Assembly: GCA_965153455.1 (NCBI GenBank)
Contig: OZ234493.1
Span: 29,440,213 to 29,504,212, forward strand
DNA length: 64,000 nucleotides
Origin: Sphagnum compactum
Taxonomy: Eukaryota
Direction: 5' to 3'
The notes beneath the pieces were generated by a model that saw only the letters and a program-made list of their open reading frames with translations, was not told the DNA's origin and ran no database searches. Every line of letters begins with the position of its first letter. Positions within the stretch are counted from its first letter, which is position 1. Made by a program: the position numbers and the translations under genes. Shown piece after piece: positions 51,583-64,000 of this stretch.

Positions 51583-54500
51583 AAGGCGTAAAAGAAATCC
51601 TTTGATCTGCGCACTTGTCAGTGTTTCGACGAAGAGAAAAGCGACAGCTTAGGGTTTAGAAAAAGGAATTGATGAATTTTTGCAGCTGTTGTTGTTGAGG
51701 TTCTTGAGGAAGAAGGAAACTGGAAACTCTGTAGATGCCATAGCACTCACTGACAAGCACTAAAAGAGGAGTTTTCTGCGGAGGATTTTTGAAAATAAAA
51801 TTAGTTGTGATTCCTAAACGTCCAGTTCCAAGAGCTCCATTGCAGTTGCTATACGTCCAAGGAGAGAGAAGAAAAGAACAAGCTTCTTACAAGCTTCTCC
51901 TTCGTCTTCTTTGCAAGGCGGGTGCGAGAAGGGTCCACAAGCTACGAACACTACTAAACCAGTTCTCGTTACCGTTTGGAGGTGGGCAAGGTGGACCGGG
52001 CCCTACTATTCTGAAACGGAGGAGCAAGGGAGGTAGGCATTAGAAAAAGGTTTGAAGTGGTCTTCAAGTTGATCGATGCGCGAGAAAACTCCACAATTCA
52101 GGACTTGCGCGACAACGAAGACGACCGACGACACAAGACGCTAAGCCACGCTACGCTGCAAAAGTAAGAGCGGCATCAGCAGAGCAGCCCCTATCCCGCG
52201 TTCATTCACTCGAGGTTGAAAGAGGTTGGGCCTGCCATCGCCACTGTCCTCGCTGCAACCAACCTTGTGCCAAGCACAAACGCCAGCAAAGACAGTTCTA
52301 GGTTCTTGGTTTTGACTTTTGAGGCCTTTTTTTAAAAATTTATTTTTATTATTTTAATTTTTTTGGGAGGGTGAAGGAGGGACGTAATTCTGGTCTCTTT
52401 TTCTCTTCTCTTCTATTTTCTTTTGTTCTCTAAACCCTAAAACCTCTTCTTTTTCTCTTCTTTTCCTTAAACCCTAAACCTCATTTCTTCTCTTCTTCAA
52501 AGCTCTTCTCTTCTCTTCTTCTTCTCTTCTTTAAACCTTAGACCTCTTCTCTTCTTTAAACCCTAAACCTATTTTCATTTCTTCTCTTTCACTTCTCTAA
52601 ACCGTAAAACATTGCTTGGATTTTTCCCTATGTATTTTCAGCTCACTTACTTGCCTAAAGAAACCTCTTTTCAACAATGTACCAGCCAGGCTGTATTGGG
52701 ATCTTCTGACCATAGGCCCTTTTCCTATACCATTTTTGTTTTAATGGCTAAAACCCATGTGTTTTTTGACTTCTCAAGTCCTTTTTAAAAATTAGACATT
52801 GATCTAGGGTTTAAGATTTGAAAAACTCCGCGATGGCACTCGATGCCGCACCGCTGCTATGTCCATTCAATGTAGCATCAGACATTTTCACGCTGAAGAA
52901 GGACACTGCCAAGACGTACTATAACAACGCCTCTCAATGTTCTAGACAATGCACCCCTTGGGGTCTACCAAGCAGCCCTGGCCGGGTACTGGGTAGCCCT
53001 GGGCCTCAAGACCGATAGCTCACCTGTTGACGCGTAGTTGTCCAAGATGGAGGCGGTCATTGAAAACATTGCGTCTCTCGCGGCCGCTGGCAACCTTACA
53101 ATCAACCAACTTATGGAGCATAAGGCGGCCGTGGCTGTCATAGCCAAGGTTGTTTCTGCGGAGGAGCCCAAGTGGACCATAGTGATGGCCAAGAACGTGC
53201 GCCAGGTGGTCAACCAAATTGTGGAGACCCTGGTTGATGCGCCCAAACAGGAAGAGCGCAAGCTCAACTTGTGCCTCATGGGCTTTGAGGCCAAGGAAGG
53301 TAAGACCGAGAAGGAGCTGGTGCAGCGACTCAACACAGAGCTATTGCAAGAGGAAATGAGGCTGTGCGCCAAGGTCGTGACCGCCATGCGGTAACGGCCT
53401 GCGACCGCACGAGCCTCCACCTCGGCGGCGGGCGTGTGCTTCGGTGCGGTGTTGCTCAAATTCGCAATGAGCGAAGACCGTCGAGCCGTGCTACGAGGGC
53501 ACAAAAGCCTAGGAGGGACCAAGCTAGGCCTAGATGAGGACCTCACGCCCGTGCGGCAAGCGTTTAAGTCATAGCTGTGGCCGCTGTTCAAGGAGGCCAA
53601 GGCGGCAGGCAAGCGCGCCTTCTGGCGCGCAGCCAAGCTCTTCATCAATAGCATTCGGATTTGCCCACCCGCCTCTATTTAAGGCCACAAGGACCAGAAA
53701 GACCTATGCATGGTATTATGGAACATGCACGGGGATGGTGTACATAAACTGGAAACGGGGGTGCAAATACTAGAGCTATTTCAGGATGCTGACCTTGTTT
53801 TATTAATCGAAACTTGGCACTTCCCAGGCCAACATTTGCCACACGTTGAAGGGTTTGACTCACTTGCGGTAGCGCACACTTTACAACCGGGAAAAACAAA
53901 AGCGATAAAACATAGCGGGAGGGGTTGTTGCTTACTTTCGCAGCCACCTCAGCCCAAACCTATCACAGTGGAAGGAAGGAAGGAAGCCACAATTCTTATC
54001 TATGGCTACGGGTCAATAGGGGTGCTACCCCTGACTTGTTTGTCTGCGTGGTGTATGTTGCCCCTATTGGCTCCAAACACAAGAACGAATCCTTGTTCCA
54101 AAACCTGGCAGTAGATATTGCTAAAGTTCAAACTCTAAGGGGCATAATATTATTGGGAGGGGATTTTAATGCGCGTACTGCAGCGTTACTAGATACCATT
54201 GACACTAGCGACCTTCGTGAACTGTTACAGGTGCCCAAGCTCGCTAAGACTGAGTAACCAAGTGTTGTGGTTAAGCGACAAAACCGTGATGTTAGTGTTG
54301 GTGGCTAGGGCCACGAGCTCCTAGACCTATGTTGTGACGCTGGGTTGTTAATCCTCAATGGCCAGACACCTAGCGACAAATCAGGGGAGTTCACTTGCTT
54401 GGCAAATGGGGGGTGTAGCACTGTCGATTATATTGTTGGCTTAAACGCCTACAATTTGGCAAATTATTACACACCTCGAGGTGATAACAAACGAAACCCG

Positions 54501-57500
54501 CTATTGTGCGATGGGGGGGAGATTGTGACCACAGGCCATTACGCTTACGGTTGAACATCGATTGTAGCTTTGTTGAGCCACAACATACAGTTGTAACAAT
54601 TTTTTTACCTAGGTTCAAATATGATAAATCAAAAGTTGAAGAGTATCAACTTGCCCTAATAGCAAATCTTGGAAACCTATGGGTTGCTGACTCAATTGGG
54701 CATCTGGGGGCAGACGGGTTAGTTGACCTACTGCAACAGTGCGTGGGTGCTGCAGCAGAGTCTACTTTTGGCAACAAGCTTTTGGGAGGAAACTGTAGAG
54801 CGAGACATTGCCATAAACCCTGGTTTGATGTTGACTGCCGTATAACGAAGCGTGAGCTGAGGCTTTGGCTGAAACCCAACCCTGATTTGCACGCCGTTAA
54901 ACATCAGGCAAGTAAACTTAAAATTTTATTAAAAGAGAAAAGAATTTTTTGGGAAACTGCAATAGCTCAACATATGTGTACGCTTGTTAAGGTGGATGCA
55001 CTCTCGTTCTGGAAAAAGTATCGGCCAAGGGTACCCGTTGGACAAAATCAGTGCAGCTACGCTTTTGGAAGGCTTTCGCGGGTTAGTTGGCGAGTCTCCG
55101 CCACCCATACGGTTGTGAATTGATCATTCGACCCAGGTGACGGAACCTCCACCTAGCCACACCCTAAACACAAATATCACACTTGCTAAGTTGCTTTAGG
55201 CACAAAAAAAACTACAAAGGAATAAGGCTGCTGGTTTGGATGGTATGAAAGCTGAGTTCATTTTGGATGCGGGAAAGCTACTACACATGCCATTATTGAC
55301 AACGTTCAACTGCTTTCTGGCGGAAGGCTTTCCAGAAGCCCTTTCCACTGGGGTGGTCCACGTGCTCTTTAAAGGGGGGCGATGCCTTCGAATTTGACAA
55401 CTATAAGGGGATAACTGTCGCAACCCCACTTTGGGTTAAGTGTGAGGGTGAAGCCCACACTCCCAAAAGTGGGAAGTTGGAGTCCTCCGGGACTCCCAAA
55501 AACTCAGAGGCAATTATAGGGGGTCAAAACACCTCGCCTTGAGGTGTTCTTTATATCAATGGAAAGGTCTTAAAGTGTAGATGTCTAAAATGCCCTCGCA
55601 TTGGCCATTTGGATATCTGCAGCCCAAGTTATGGGCAAAAGAAGGGCCAGGAGCCAAATTGGCAGTTTGACTCCTGACCACTAAAAGTTGGGAATCGAGC
55701 CCTTCTTGACGTTTGCAGAAGGAGTGCGACATGGCGTTGGAAAGCTCTCAAGGAGATCTACAACTTTGGTTGAGACCTCGCTCCAATCGGATGTTGCAAT
55801 CGGGAGATATGAGTTCCCAAAGTTCCGGGACTCCAACCCGGGACAGTTTCGGGACTCCAACTTGGGAGTCTCGGGAAAAAGAGCCATTTGGATGTAGCCT
55901 CGGCGGAGAAGCGCAGAGTATACTATATGGGGGAAGGTGGTGGCTTCCCCCGAGTTCGGGCCGTGGTGAGTCAAGTAGTCCAAAGTGCCCGTGGCTTGTC
56001 CCAACACCCAAGGGTGTTCCCGAATGCTAACTAACCTTCTTGTGGTTGGTTTTGGATGCAGATTCAAGCTTGATAATCTAGTCCCTCTTCCTAGTCTAAT
56101 CCCGGGACTTCTAGCACGCCCCTCTACCCCCTTTTAGTGCTGGAAGTCGGGAGCGGCCTTCAAGTCCCAATTTTCCGCAACTCTACGTAGTTGGATCCTT
56201 AAGTGGGTTCAAAAAAGGACTTGGGAGCGCGTCAATAACTGTTGGGCCTATCCTAGCAAAGCTGTTCGCTATGATCCTTGACAAAAGGTTGAGCAAGTGG
56301 GCTGAACAACATGGGTTACATGCCAAGGGTCAAGTTGGGTTTCACAAAGATTACCGCACTATTGACCAACTCTTCATACTGCAAACTTTGATAGAACAGA
56401 ACAAGGCAAAAAAAAACCCACTCTATTATTGCTTTGTGGACTTCAAAAAGGCGTTCGATACTGTGCCGCGTGAAGTGTTATGGGAGGTGTTGGCAAGCCT
56501 CGGGGTGGAGAGACGCTTCTTGCGATGCCTACAGGCGATGTATACCAAGGATACCGTATGCATCAACCACCCAAGTGAGGGTGTCACCTCTAGCTTCAGA
56601 TGCCAATGAGGTGTGAAGCAAGGTTGCCCTCTCAACCCCTTACTGTTTGGGCTATATTTGGATGCCCTAGAGGGGCGCATGGACGGCAGAGAATGCGATG
56701 CACCGACCCTAGCAAACGTGCATGTATGGTTGTTGCTTTTTGTAGATGACCTTGTTTTGACGTCGGAGTCAGAGGTGGGACTGCAGCAACAGTTAGACGC
56801 GCTCTAGTAGTTCTGTGCTGAACGTGGATTTATAGTGAACGTGAAAAAAATAAAAGTCATGGTGTTCAACTCTGCTGACCCATGCCAAGAGTTTGTGTTT
56901 GAAGGTGATGCTATTGAACGTGTGCAGACCTTCAAATACCTGGGGATCTTTCATCGAGACCACCCCGAACCTGGATAGTGCAGTGGAACATCAAGCAGCT
57001 GCCAATAGGCGCTCATTGTTCGCATTGAACCGCCGTTGTGCGGAGCTACGTATTATGGACGTCCAGTTACGCTGTGACCTCTTCAACACGTTGGTGCGTT
57101 CCACAACAAGTTATGCCTATGAGGTTTGGGTGGATTCCAAGAAAATAGAGGCTATTGAAGTAGTGTACCGAAGGTTCCTCAAGTCCTTGCTCGGGGTGCG
57201 AAAAATAACTAGCACGTCCATCGTGTTGGCAGAATTTGGCAAATTCCCCTTTGAACACTTTGCATGGGGATAAGCGCTGTTGTACTATAACCGTGTGAGC
57301 ACGGTCATTAAAGATTGCATCTTGGGAAAGGCATGGGAAGCCCAGCTCGCTATGCTTGCTATGGGAAGAACTTGGGCTAGATCCGTGAAAAAATGGTTAC
57401 TCAAGAATTAGCCCCAAGAGGTGGTAGGTTTTCTGCCTTCGGTTCAACCGTCGTTGGAAACAGCGCTTAAGCTTGCAACGACCCGTGTGTTCTAGGCGAG

Positions 57501-58282
57501 GACTGATCAACCACTGCTGGGAACGGCTCTTGGGACAACGCACATACATCCAACTCGTCTAACAGGAGTGAGAGGCTGGGCGGAGAACCAAGTACTTTGG
57601 CACAATGCGCACAATGTATGGGTGGGAGTTCAGATGGCTAAACTGGCCACGTTACAACTAATGCAGCCGGTTGGTGCTAGATCTACGACAGGAGGCCCGA
57701 TCAACCAAGAGGCTGGGGCCCCACCCCCTCCAGGTTTTCCCCACACAATATTGAGTGTAAAAAGGGTGAAGGATAATATGTGGCTGGTTTACATTGAAAA
57801 TCTCTTTACCAACCGCGAGATCAGGACCAACGTGCAGACAAGATACTTGCACTTCAAGGGTATGTTATACGAGAGCGAAAACTACTTGTGTGACATCAGC
57901 TGCGTTCAGCTACAGAAAGCTCTAGCTCGGTTTCGGTGCGGTAACACGCAGCTTGAGGTAGTGCTAGGTGCGTGGAAGGGCGTGCCATATGCAGAGAGGC
58001 TTTCTTGAGGTTGCGATTTGGGGAAGGTTGATGATGAAGAGCACTTGCTTCTTGTTTGTCTAAATACACAGAAAGTTAAGGAATGCTTTTGTTTGGCCTT
58101 GCCCCTCACCCACACTAGCATTCTTGTTGATCTCATGTAGACTACGAACACGGTCGCCCTGGCCAAGTTTGTGGCATGCTGCTACTAGTACTAAAGGACA
58201 ATCTATCCTCCATGAACTACCTTTCGTCTAATGGACTCTCTGGTCCTAAACGGACATAAAATTGTAAACAGTAAACAAACAA
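51583..58282 (+). mobile_element. Near full-length non-LTR retrotransposon (ORF1 + EN-RT ORF2), inactivated
   Basis: ORF1 ~53047-53682 (ERKLNLCLMGF, LGLDEDLTP). EN: LWNMHG, LIETW, GGDFNART, STVDY, DCDHRPL. RT: KAAGLDG, CFVDFKKAFDTV, GVKQGCPLNPLLF, LLFVDDLVL, FKYLG. C-terminus ARFRCGNTQLEV...ERL..C..DDEEHLLLVC. The 3' tail is aaacagtaaacaaacaa, and a candidate TSD TCTTAA lies at 51577-51582 and 58283-58288. Confidence 0.9.
55416..56234. mobile_element. Solo LTR (819 bp) inserted into the LINE reverse transcriptase
   Basis: TG...CA ends, with 5-bp TSD ATAAC at 55411-55415 and 56235-56239. Removing it restores RT NYKGITVGPILAKLFAMILDKRL. Confidence 0.92.
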
Positions 58283-59119
58283 TCTTAATATTCAAATTGA
58301 AGATTTGCTAAAAAAAACTTCTTGTGATTTTTGTTTTTCAAGTTCAAAACCAAGCAAGCTTTTTCTCAATGTTCTTTTGGCATCTATAAAGAAAAAATTT
58401 GTTATAGAAAAGAAAAGGGGTGTAAAAGAAAAGAAATGAAAAGAAATGATAAAAGAAAGGTTTGAAAATCGGTCCTTTACGAAAATCATAAGGTCTCGTT
58501 GACCATTGACTAGGATCTTATGTAGGTCATATGATCCCATGCTAGGTTATGTTTCAAAACAGATTGAAAATAACAAAGCGAAAATTGGGGTTGGTTCTTT
58601 GTGTATAGGCCCTAATGTAATGCCTTGAGACCCCACGGTAAAAGGTGTAAAAGAAAATAAAATTGTTAAAAAAAAGTGGAAAATTGGTTGCTTACAAAAG
58701 TTGTAAAGTCCTATTAACCATTGATCAGGATCTTATGCGGGTTAAAGAAACCCACGTTAGGTTACATTTTGAAAAGAAACAAAAACATCAAAGGAAAAAT
58801 TGAACCAATTTCTTTACAAGAAGGTTAAGGCGTGATCATAAACAATTATTTTCTAGCCATGAAAAAAGCCATTCTTGTAATTTTTAATGAATTTTCCAAT
58901 GATAAAAATCATTCTAAATTCAATATACATTCATTTGAAAATTAGGAAACAACAAACATGTACAACACCTTGTCAAGGGCTTTTGGATTGTCAAGGGCCT
59001 TTAGATGGTCCCAAAAGCGTAATGAGGGGCCCCACGGTTCAAGAGGGTGAAGGCATTGGTCACAAAACAAACACTTATAATGTTGTAAAGATCCCTCCTA
59101 GGCAAAAGAAGGGATCTTA

Positions 59120-59465
59120 CACCTCGTTCAGGATCTCAAAGTATATGTTTTCTCTTTTTCAAGATCTCAAGTGTAGGGTTTGAAGACCACCCCTAGTTTG
59201 GCATTTCACTTTAGAGGTTAGAGTGGTTAACCGACCTCGTTGAGGACCTCAAAAGCATATCTCTCTTTGTTTACTCTTTTTCAAGATCTCAAATTTAGGG
59301 TTTGAAGACCCCTCCTAGTTTGGGGATCATTTCAGTGTAGAGGTTAAGTGATGAACAGTGGTTGACGACCTCGTTCGGGATCTCAAAAATATATCTCCAC
59401 TTTCTCTTTCGAGACCTCAAAGTATACAGCCCTCTTTTTCAGGATCTCAAATTAGGGTTTGAAGA
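59120..59465. promoter_or_regulatory. Three ~120-155-bp tandem units upstream of RPS28, each with a telo-box (TAGGGTTT)
   Basis: The unit 'acctcgtt..ggatctcaaa...ctctttttcaagatctcaa..tagggtttgaaga' repeats, with TAGGGTTT at 59174, 59296 and 59453. Telo-boxes are established elements of plant ribosomal-protein promoters. Confidence 0.6.
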
Positions 59466-59619
59466 AGGAGGAGAAGAAGAAGAAGAAAGAAGGAGGCGGC
59501 TGTTAAGAGCCCTCTTTTGCTTTTCGCTCGTGTTGCACTGCGGTGTCTTGCCCGAGAGCCATCGCTAGTTCCCTTCGCGCTTGGCATATTACTTACTTCT
59601 TCAACTTGTCGGCTTCAAG

Positions 59620-60657
59620 ATGGTGCGATCCTTTTTCGCTTTCTTTTTCTTTTCTTGTAAAACTTATTTTCCTTGCTTTTTTTGTTCTATCTATCGGAGT
59701 TTGTTTATGAAGATGTGACGTCTTGTGCATCCGCTTTTATGGTTGTTACTGTCGAGTTTGTGCTGGATTTGATGTTTCCCTGATGGTTTTAGACTTGGAT
59801 GTTTTTAGAATGTTCATTTCTTCTCACATGTTTTGTATTCTGGATTTGTAGTTTCTGACATTCCAAGAAGTGATTTTCCCTTTGTCTGACTGGTTCTAGA
59901 GTCTTGATACATGTCGGTGTTTCCTCTTTCTGGAATTATAGTGATGGTCAGTCAAACTTTGTGTTATAAGTTCCTATAGCGCCTCTGGGTCCATTTCGCC
60001 TTTTTTTAAATTAGGGTTTCTGTTTTGGGTGCCGGATTTTGGATATTCTTTTTGTGAGCAAGGCTTGTGAAGTAAAAGAGTTTTGGTTTAACAAATAGGT
60101 CAAAAACAGGTTTTTGCTCGAGAAACTGCATCTTGGAACAACTAAAAACTCTACAGCACTACCATGATTTAGTATGTGTTGCACAACTATTCCAAGCTTT
60201 GTTAGCTTGTTGATTTGACTATCCTTTTTGGTGCTTAGAAGACTTACAGGGTTTTGTTGTGACCATGGTTTGTTTTGGAAATTGCAGGATTCAGCTGTGA
60301 AGTTGGCAATCGTGATGAAGGTGATTGGACGCACAGGGTCCCGGGGACAAGTGACTCAAGTGCGCGTGAAGTTTCTGGATGACCAAAATCGACTCATCAT
60401 GCGCAATGTCAAGGGACCTGTGCGTGAAGGTACACTCTTACACTTCTAACACTCCCATCCCTCATGTTGTCTTTCTTGTCAGGAGTAGACTGGGCAGAAG
60501 GTTTATTGGCACAATTTTAATGCAATCACACACTCCTTGTGTGTTTTTCTTCATCTCTCTTACCATAGCTTATTGAGATGAAAGTGTCTTCACTTGTTAT
60601 GCAGGTGACATTTTGACTCTTCTCGAATCAGAGAGGGAAGCAAGAAGGCTCCGGTGA
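59620..60657 (+). CDS. RPS28: 40S ribosomal protein S28 (eS28)
   Basis: Exons 59620-59622 (ATG only), 60288-60429, 60605-60657 give [65 protein letters not shown]. Confidence 0.97.
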
Positions 60658-63600
60658 TCTGCCTGCAAAACGCAGGTTTCTTTTGGAATCTATCTTGCCT
60701 GGTAGTCTATACAGTTTTATCTTCTTGCTACAACACATGCTCTGTTGAAACTTGTTCTGTTGGTGAGATGGAACCTAACAGTGGCTCCTCTGATGAATTT
60801 TACAATGATGTGCGGAATGTATACTTTTTGCAGCTATTGAGTTGACAACTAAGATCAACTATATTTGTTGGGGTCTTCTTGTGCTGAAGAAGTGGCCCAG
60901 TCTTTAATGAATGGGGCATGTTTGGTCATGCTGGCCTCATATATTCCAATGACCAGATTGTGGGTTGTAGGGTTTACTATCTAATCTGGTTCGGTGGTTG
61001 TTGGTTAATGAATGTGAGAAGTCGCGATGCCATGGTCTTAATGTGTTTTCAGGTCACTTGTCAGCCCTAATGGGTAAACACAAATCTTTGATGCTGATGG
61101 ATGTGAACAAATGAATTAAGTAAAACTCATGAAATGCAGTTAGGGAAAACGCTCAAGGGGAGTGAAACAGTTCACATGATAGCAGTGTTAGAAAATTCAC
61201 CAAGGTTATGCAAAACAGAATCATCTCCCACAAATGCAGAAACATGAGAAGCTTCAACTGTTGAAGTTAATTAGGCTTTGTTATGTTTTAAGCACTCAAT
61301 TGTTGTCCAAACATGAGTCCATTATGTTCTTTCGAGAAATGAGTAAACATCCTTTGGTGATGTTTATGCATTTTGGGATAGAGGGTTGTACCCTATGCAA
61401 CTTTGGATTTTAAAGAGCGATGTGGGTTTTTTTTCAATCATTTGGGTTTATGTAGCTTTGTGCATGTATTGAATTAAAGTCCAAAAAAATTGGACATCTT
61501 AAACAAGTAATTGTTCAAGCGGATTTCATCTCCAAAAACATAAACCAACTTACGAGCTCATCAAAGTTTGGCATGAGTGAGAACTTGTTTCTTACTGTTT
61601 CCTTTAGGAAGGGGAAAAGTGGGACTCTTGGTTGGTCATTCATTCTGGGAGTCTTTCAGAGTGAAGTTTAGAGTTTTCCTGAAAGTCATCCTGTCTTCAC
61701 CCTGTCTTTGGGCCTCTTTTCACCCCTTATCCCTTCTTTGAATGAGGTACGCAAAGTAAGTAAGTTTTATTAAATCTGCATAACGTTCGAGGTAATTACA
61801 GTAGTTGTACATGTACCAGCAGTGAAAACATATGTAGCAGCAGCATTTAATGCACAAGGTTCGAAGTAATTACAGTAATTGTACACGTACGAGCAGTGAA
61901 AATATATGTAGCAGCAGTGGAGGCGCTCAGGAAAAAGGAAAGACGGGTCGAGGATGAAACTCAATTTGGCACAAAAAGTGGTGCGTTTCTGAGTTTGACG
62001 CCCCCTTAAGACTAATGTACTTTTTTGCAGGTTTTTCTTAATCTCACCCGGTTTTGGACCAAACTCAGGGTACTAGTGCGGTGTTTTCCTGACTTTACGG
62101 AAAACTGTATACTTTATTATTGTGCCCACTTTGGATTAGTTTGATGTTGCCACCAGGTCTCTTAGTGCTTCGGCACTAATGTGTCAGTAAATTAGTTTGT
62201 TTTTGAAGTTTAGTTTGATTTTTTGGGGGCAATAAGAAGGTTTTATTCTGAAAGTCTTCTTTGATTTAACATACCCACAACAAGGGTCAGGAGGCTAGTG
62301 GAAAGTATTGATACTTTGGAAGCACCAAAAGACCACAGTTCTCTTGTCTAGAATTATTTTATTTTATTTTTAAAATTTCTAATAGCCTGGCAAGCCACAC
62401 ACCTCTTTAGAACCCATAAGGTAGCATGCAACATTACCTGATATAAATCATGATCAATTGCACTTTAAGAAAAAATTTAAGTTTTTAAAAGTGTCTTTGC
62501 TCAAAAAAAGAACTGCAAAATAGCAGGAATTCATCATCCCTTATAATAATAATAATAAATAATTAAACTTGAGCTCCAAATTGTTATGCACTACCAGTGA
62601 TGATTTGCTTTCTTATTATGTTCCCATATGATTATTATTAATTCATCATTATTCATGTCAATTTAATTTCAATTAATATAAAATATGATGGACACACATT
62701 AATTTGTCTTTTCCTGTCTATGTTGGTAGGTAATGAAATGGGGTGAATTAGTTATAAGTATAAGAGATAGTTATTAGAAAAGGAGTGTGGTTGTTTTAGG
62801 ATAAGAGCTAGTTATCAAGAAGGAAGTGAAGTAAATAAGCTTGGAAATGAGTTGGTTATACTTCGAAAATGTTTTTGGCATTGTCCAACCATATGAACCA
62901 TATGATCGATTATGCAAAATCAATAAGGAGCCTAGAAAAATTATTAAAAAACCACCCATATACCAGTTCCTCGAAATTCTCGTCATTGGAATAACTAAAT
63001 AATTTCAAGTTGGCTGCTTTAATTTCATCTCAATTTCAATTCATGTGCTCCAAGTTCATCATCATGGATTTGCTGGCTTGAATATTGGGCACCTTGGAAA
63101 GTTTGCAAAATGTATTCAGGAATTGCCAAAATATAGCATCTTTGCTGCAGTTAGTTTGGATAAAAGATTAATAATTACAAGCCAGGGATGGGTATCTCTC
63201 TCCACCCACTCCCTTTCTTGCCAAGGAGGTTGGGAGGTTTGTAAGAGACAAGGGTAGGTTTGTAGGTAGGTATGAAGGCTTCAGACACACTATCATTTTT
63301 ATGATATATATAGACAGAGAGGTTATTGAAGGGATGTTGGGCAGTTGCTTAAGCAGAGCAACTAAATAGCCCCATGAAACCCATCATATATGCCCCTCTT
63401 TTTTGAAAGGAACAGTTAGGTATGTGGGGACTGAAAACAAGCAAAGCAAAGGGATCTCTTTGCAAAGGGATCTCTTGCAAGAACAAGAGGTGAAATGCCT
63501 GGAGGGATTGACAACAACAAGAAGTACCTTGACACATTCCACAACCATTGAACAAAATTAAAACCACAAAAGAAGATGCCATAAGGATTTGGCATTTTGG

Positions 63601-64000
63601 ATTTAAGTGCGTTAAGTGATTGCACTTGTCATGAATTGCATGTCATTTTCATCATCTTCTTCATCACTTCAAGTAAGTTTTGCAATCCCTTCCAATTGTC
63701 AAAAAACTCTATAAATGCAATATTAGGTAGTTTGTGTTTTGGTGAAGGCGTTTCTCAACATGCCATTGCTGAATAAAGCAAAAGCCGAACAATTAGGGAT
63801 GTGTCAAATTCCATACCCATTCCAAAGCTTGACGTAAGTAATATTTGGACATATTGCGAGGTGGGTGTTGTTAGTCAATTTTGTGATGTCTCCTTTGAAT
63901 CTGGAGACAATCAGATTGAACTTTTTATGTCAAAATTTTTTTTATCTGTAATTTCCTTCAATTTGGCAACCACCCTCTTGTTTTGTATACTTTCTTCAAT

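Noticed and set aside
52965-53654. 229-aa minus-strand ORF
   Set aside because: It is the antisense shadow of the GC-rich LINE ORF1.
62950-64000. Coding-like minus-strand stretch (SDEEDDENDMQF...)
   Set aside because: Stops and frameshifts occur in all frames and no family was recognised. It may be a degenerate element extending beyond the window.

Overview
AT-rich, intron-containing eukaryotic DNA from a non-seed land plant, most likely a moss such as Sphagnum. The taxon is inferred from gene content, intron style and repeat types and was not verified. Three host genes could be reconstructed by hand through their splice sites. (1) An alpha/beta-hydrolase-NB-ARC-LRR immune receptor (HNL type, 19.0-23.4 kb); its 144-bp LRR array is cut by a premature stop and decays for another ~1.2 kb. 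(2) An apparently intact 15-exon gene (33.1-42.3 kb) for a long repetitive N-terminus followed by a C-terminal MyTH4-FERM tandem, with no kinesin or myosin motor and three GC-AG introns. (3) RPS28 (59.6-60.7 kb). A 7.1-kb CACTA-terminated element with a 3-bp TSD (43762-50866) has no recognisable transposase. It carries a truncated Exo70 gene with a truncated PRA1.A gene nested inside, i.e. a Pack-CACTA-like chimera. Most of the rest is transposon material: a GC-rich DUF659/hAT transposase pseudogene, a probable KDZ-like relic next to a higher-order tandem repeat, a Helitron relic with a C48-like protease, a near full-length LINE interrupted by a solo LTR, MITEs and orphan exon fragments.
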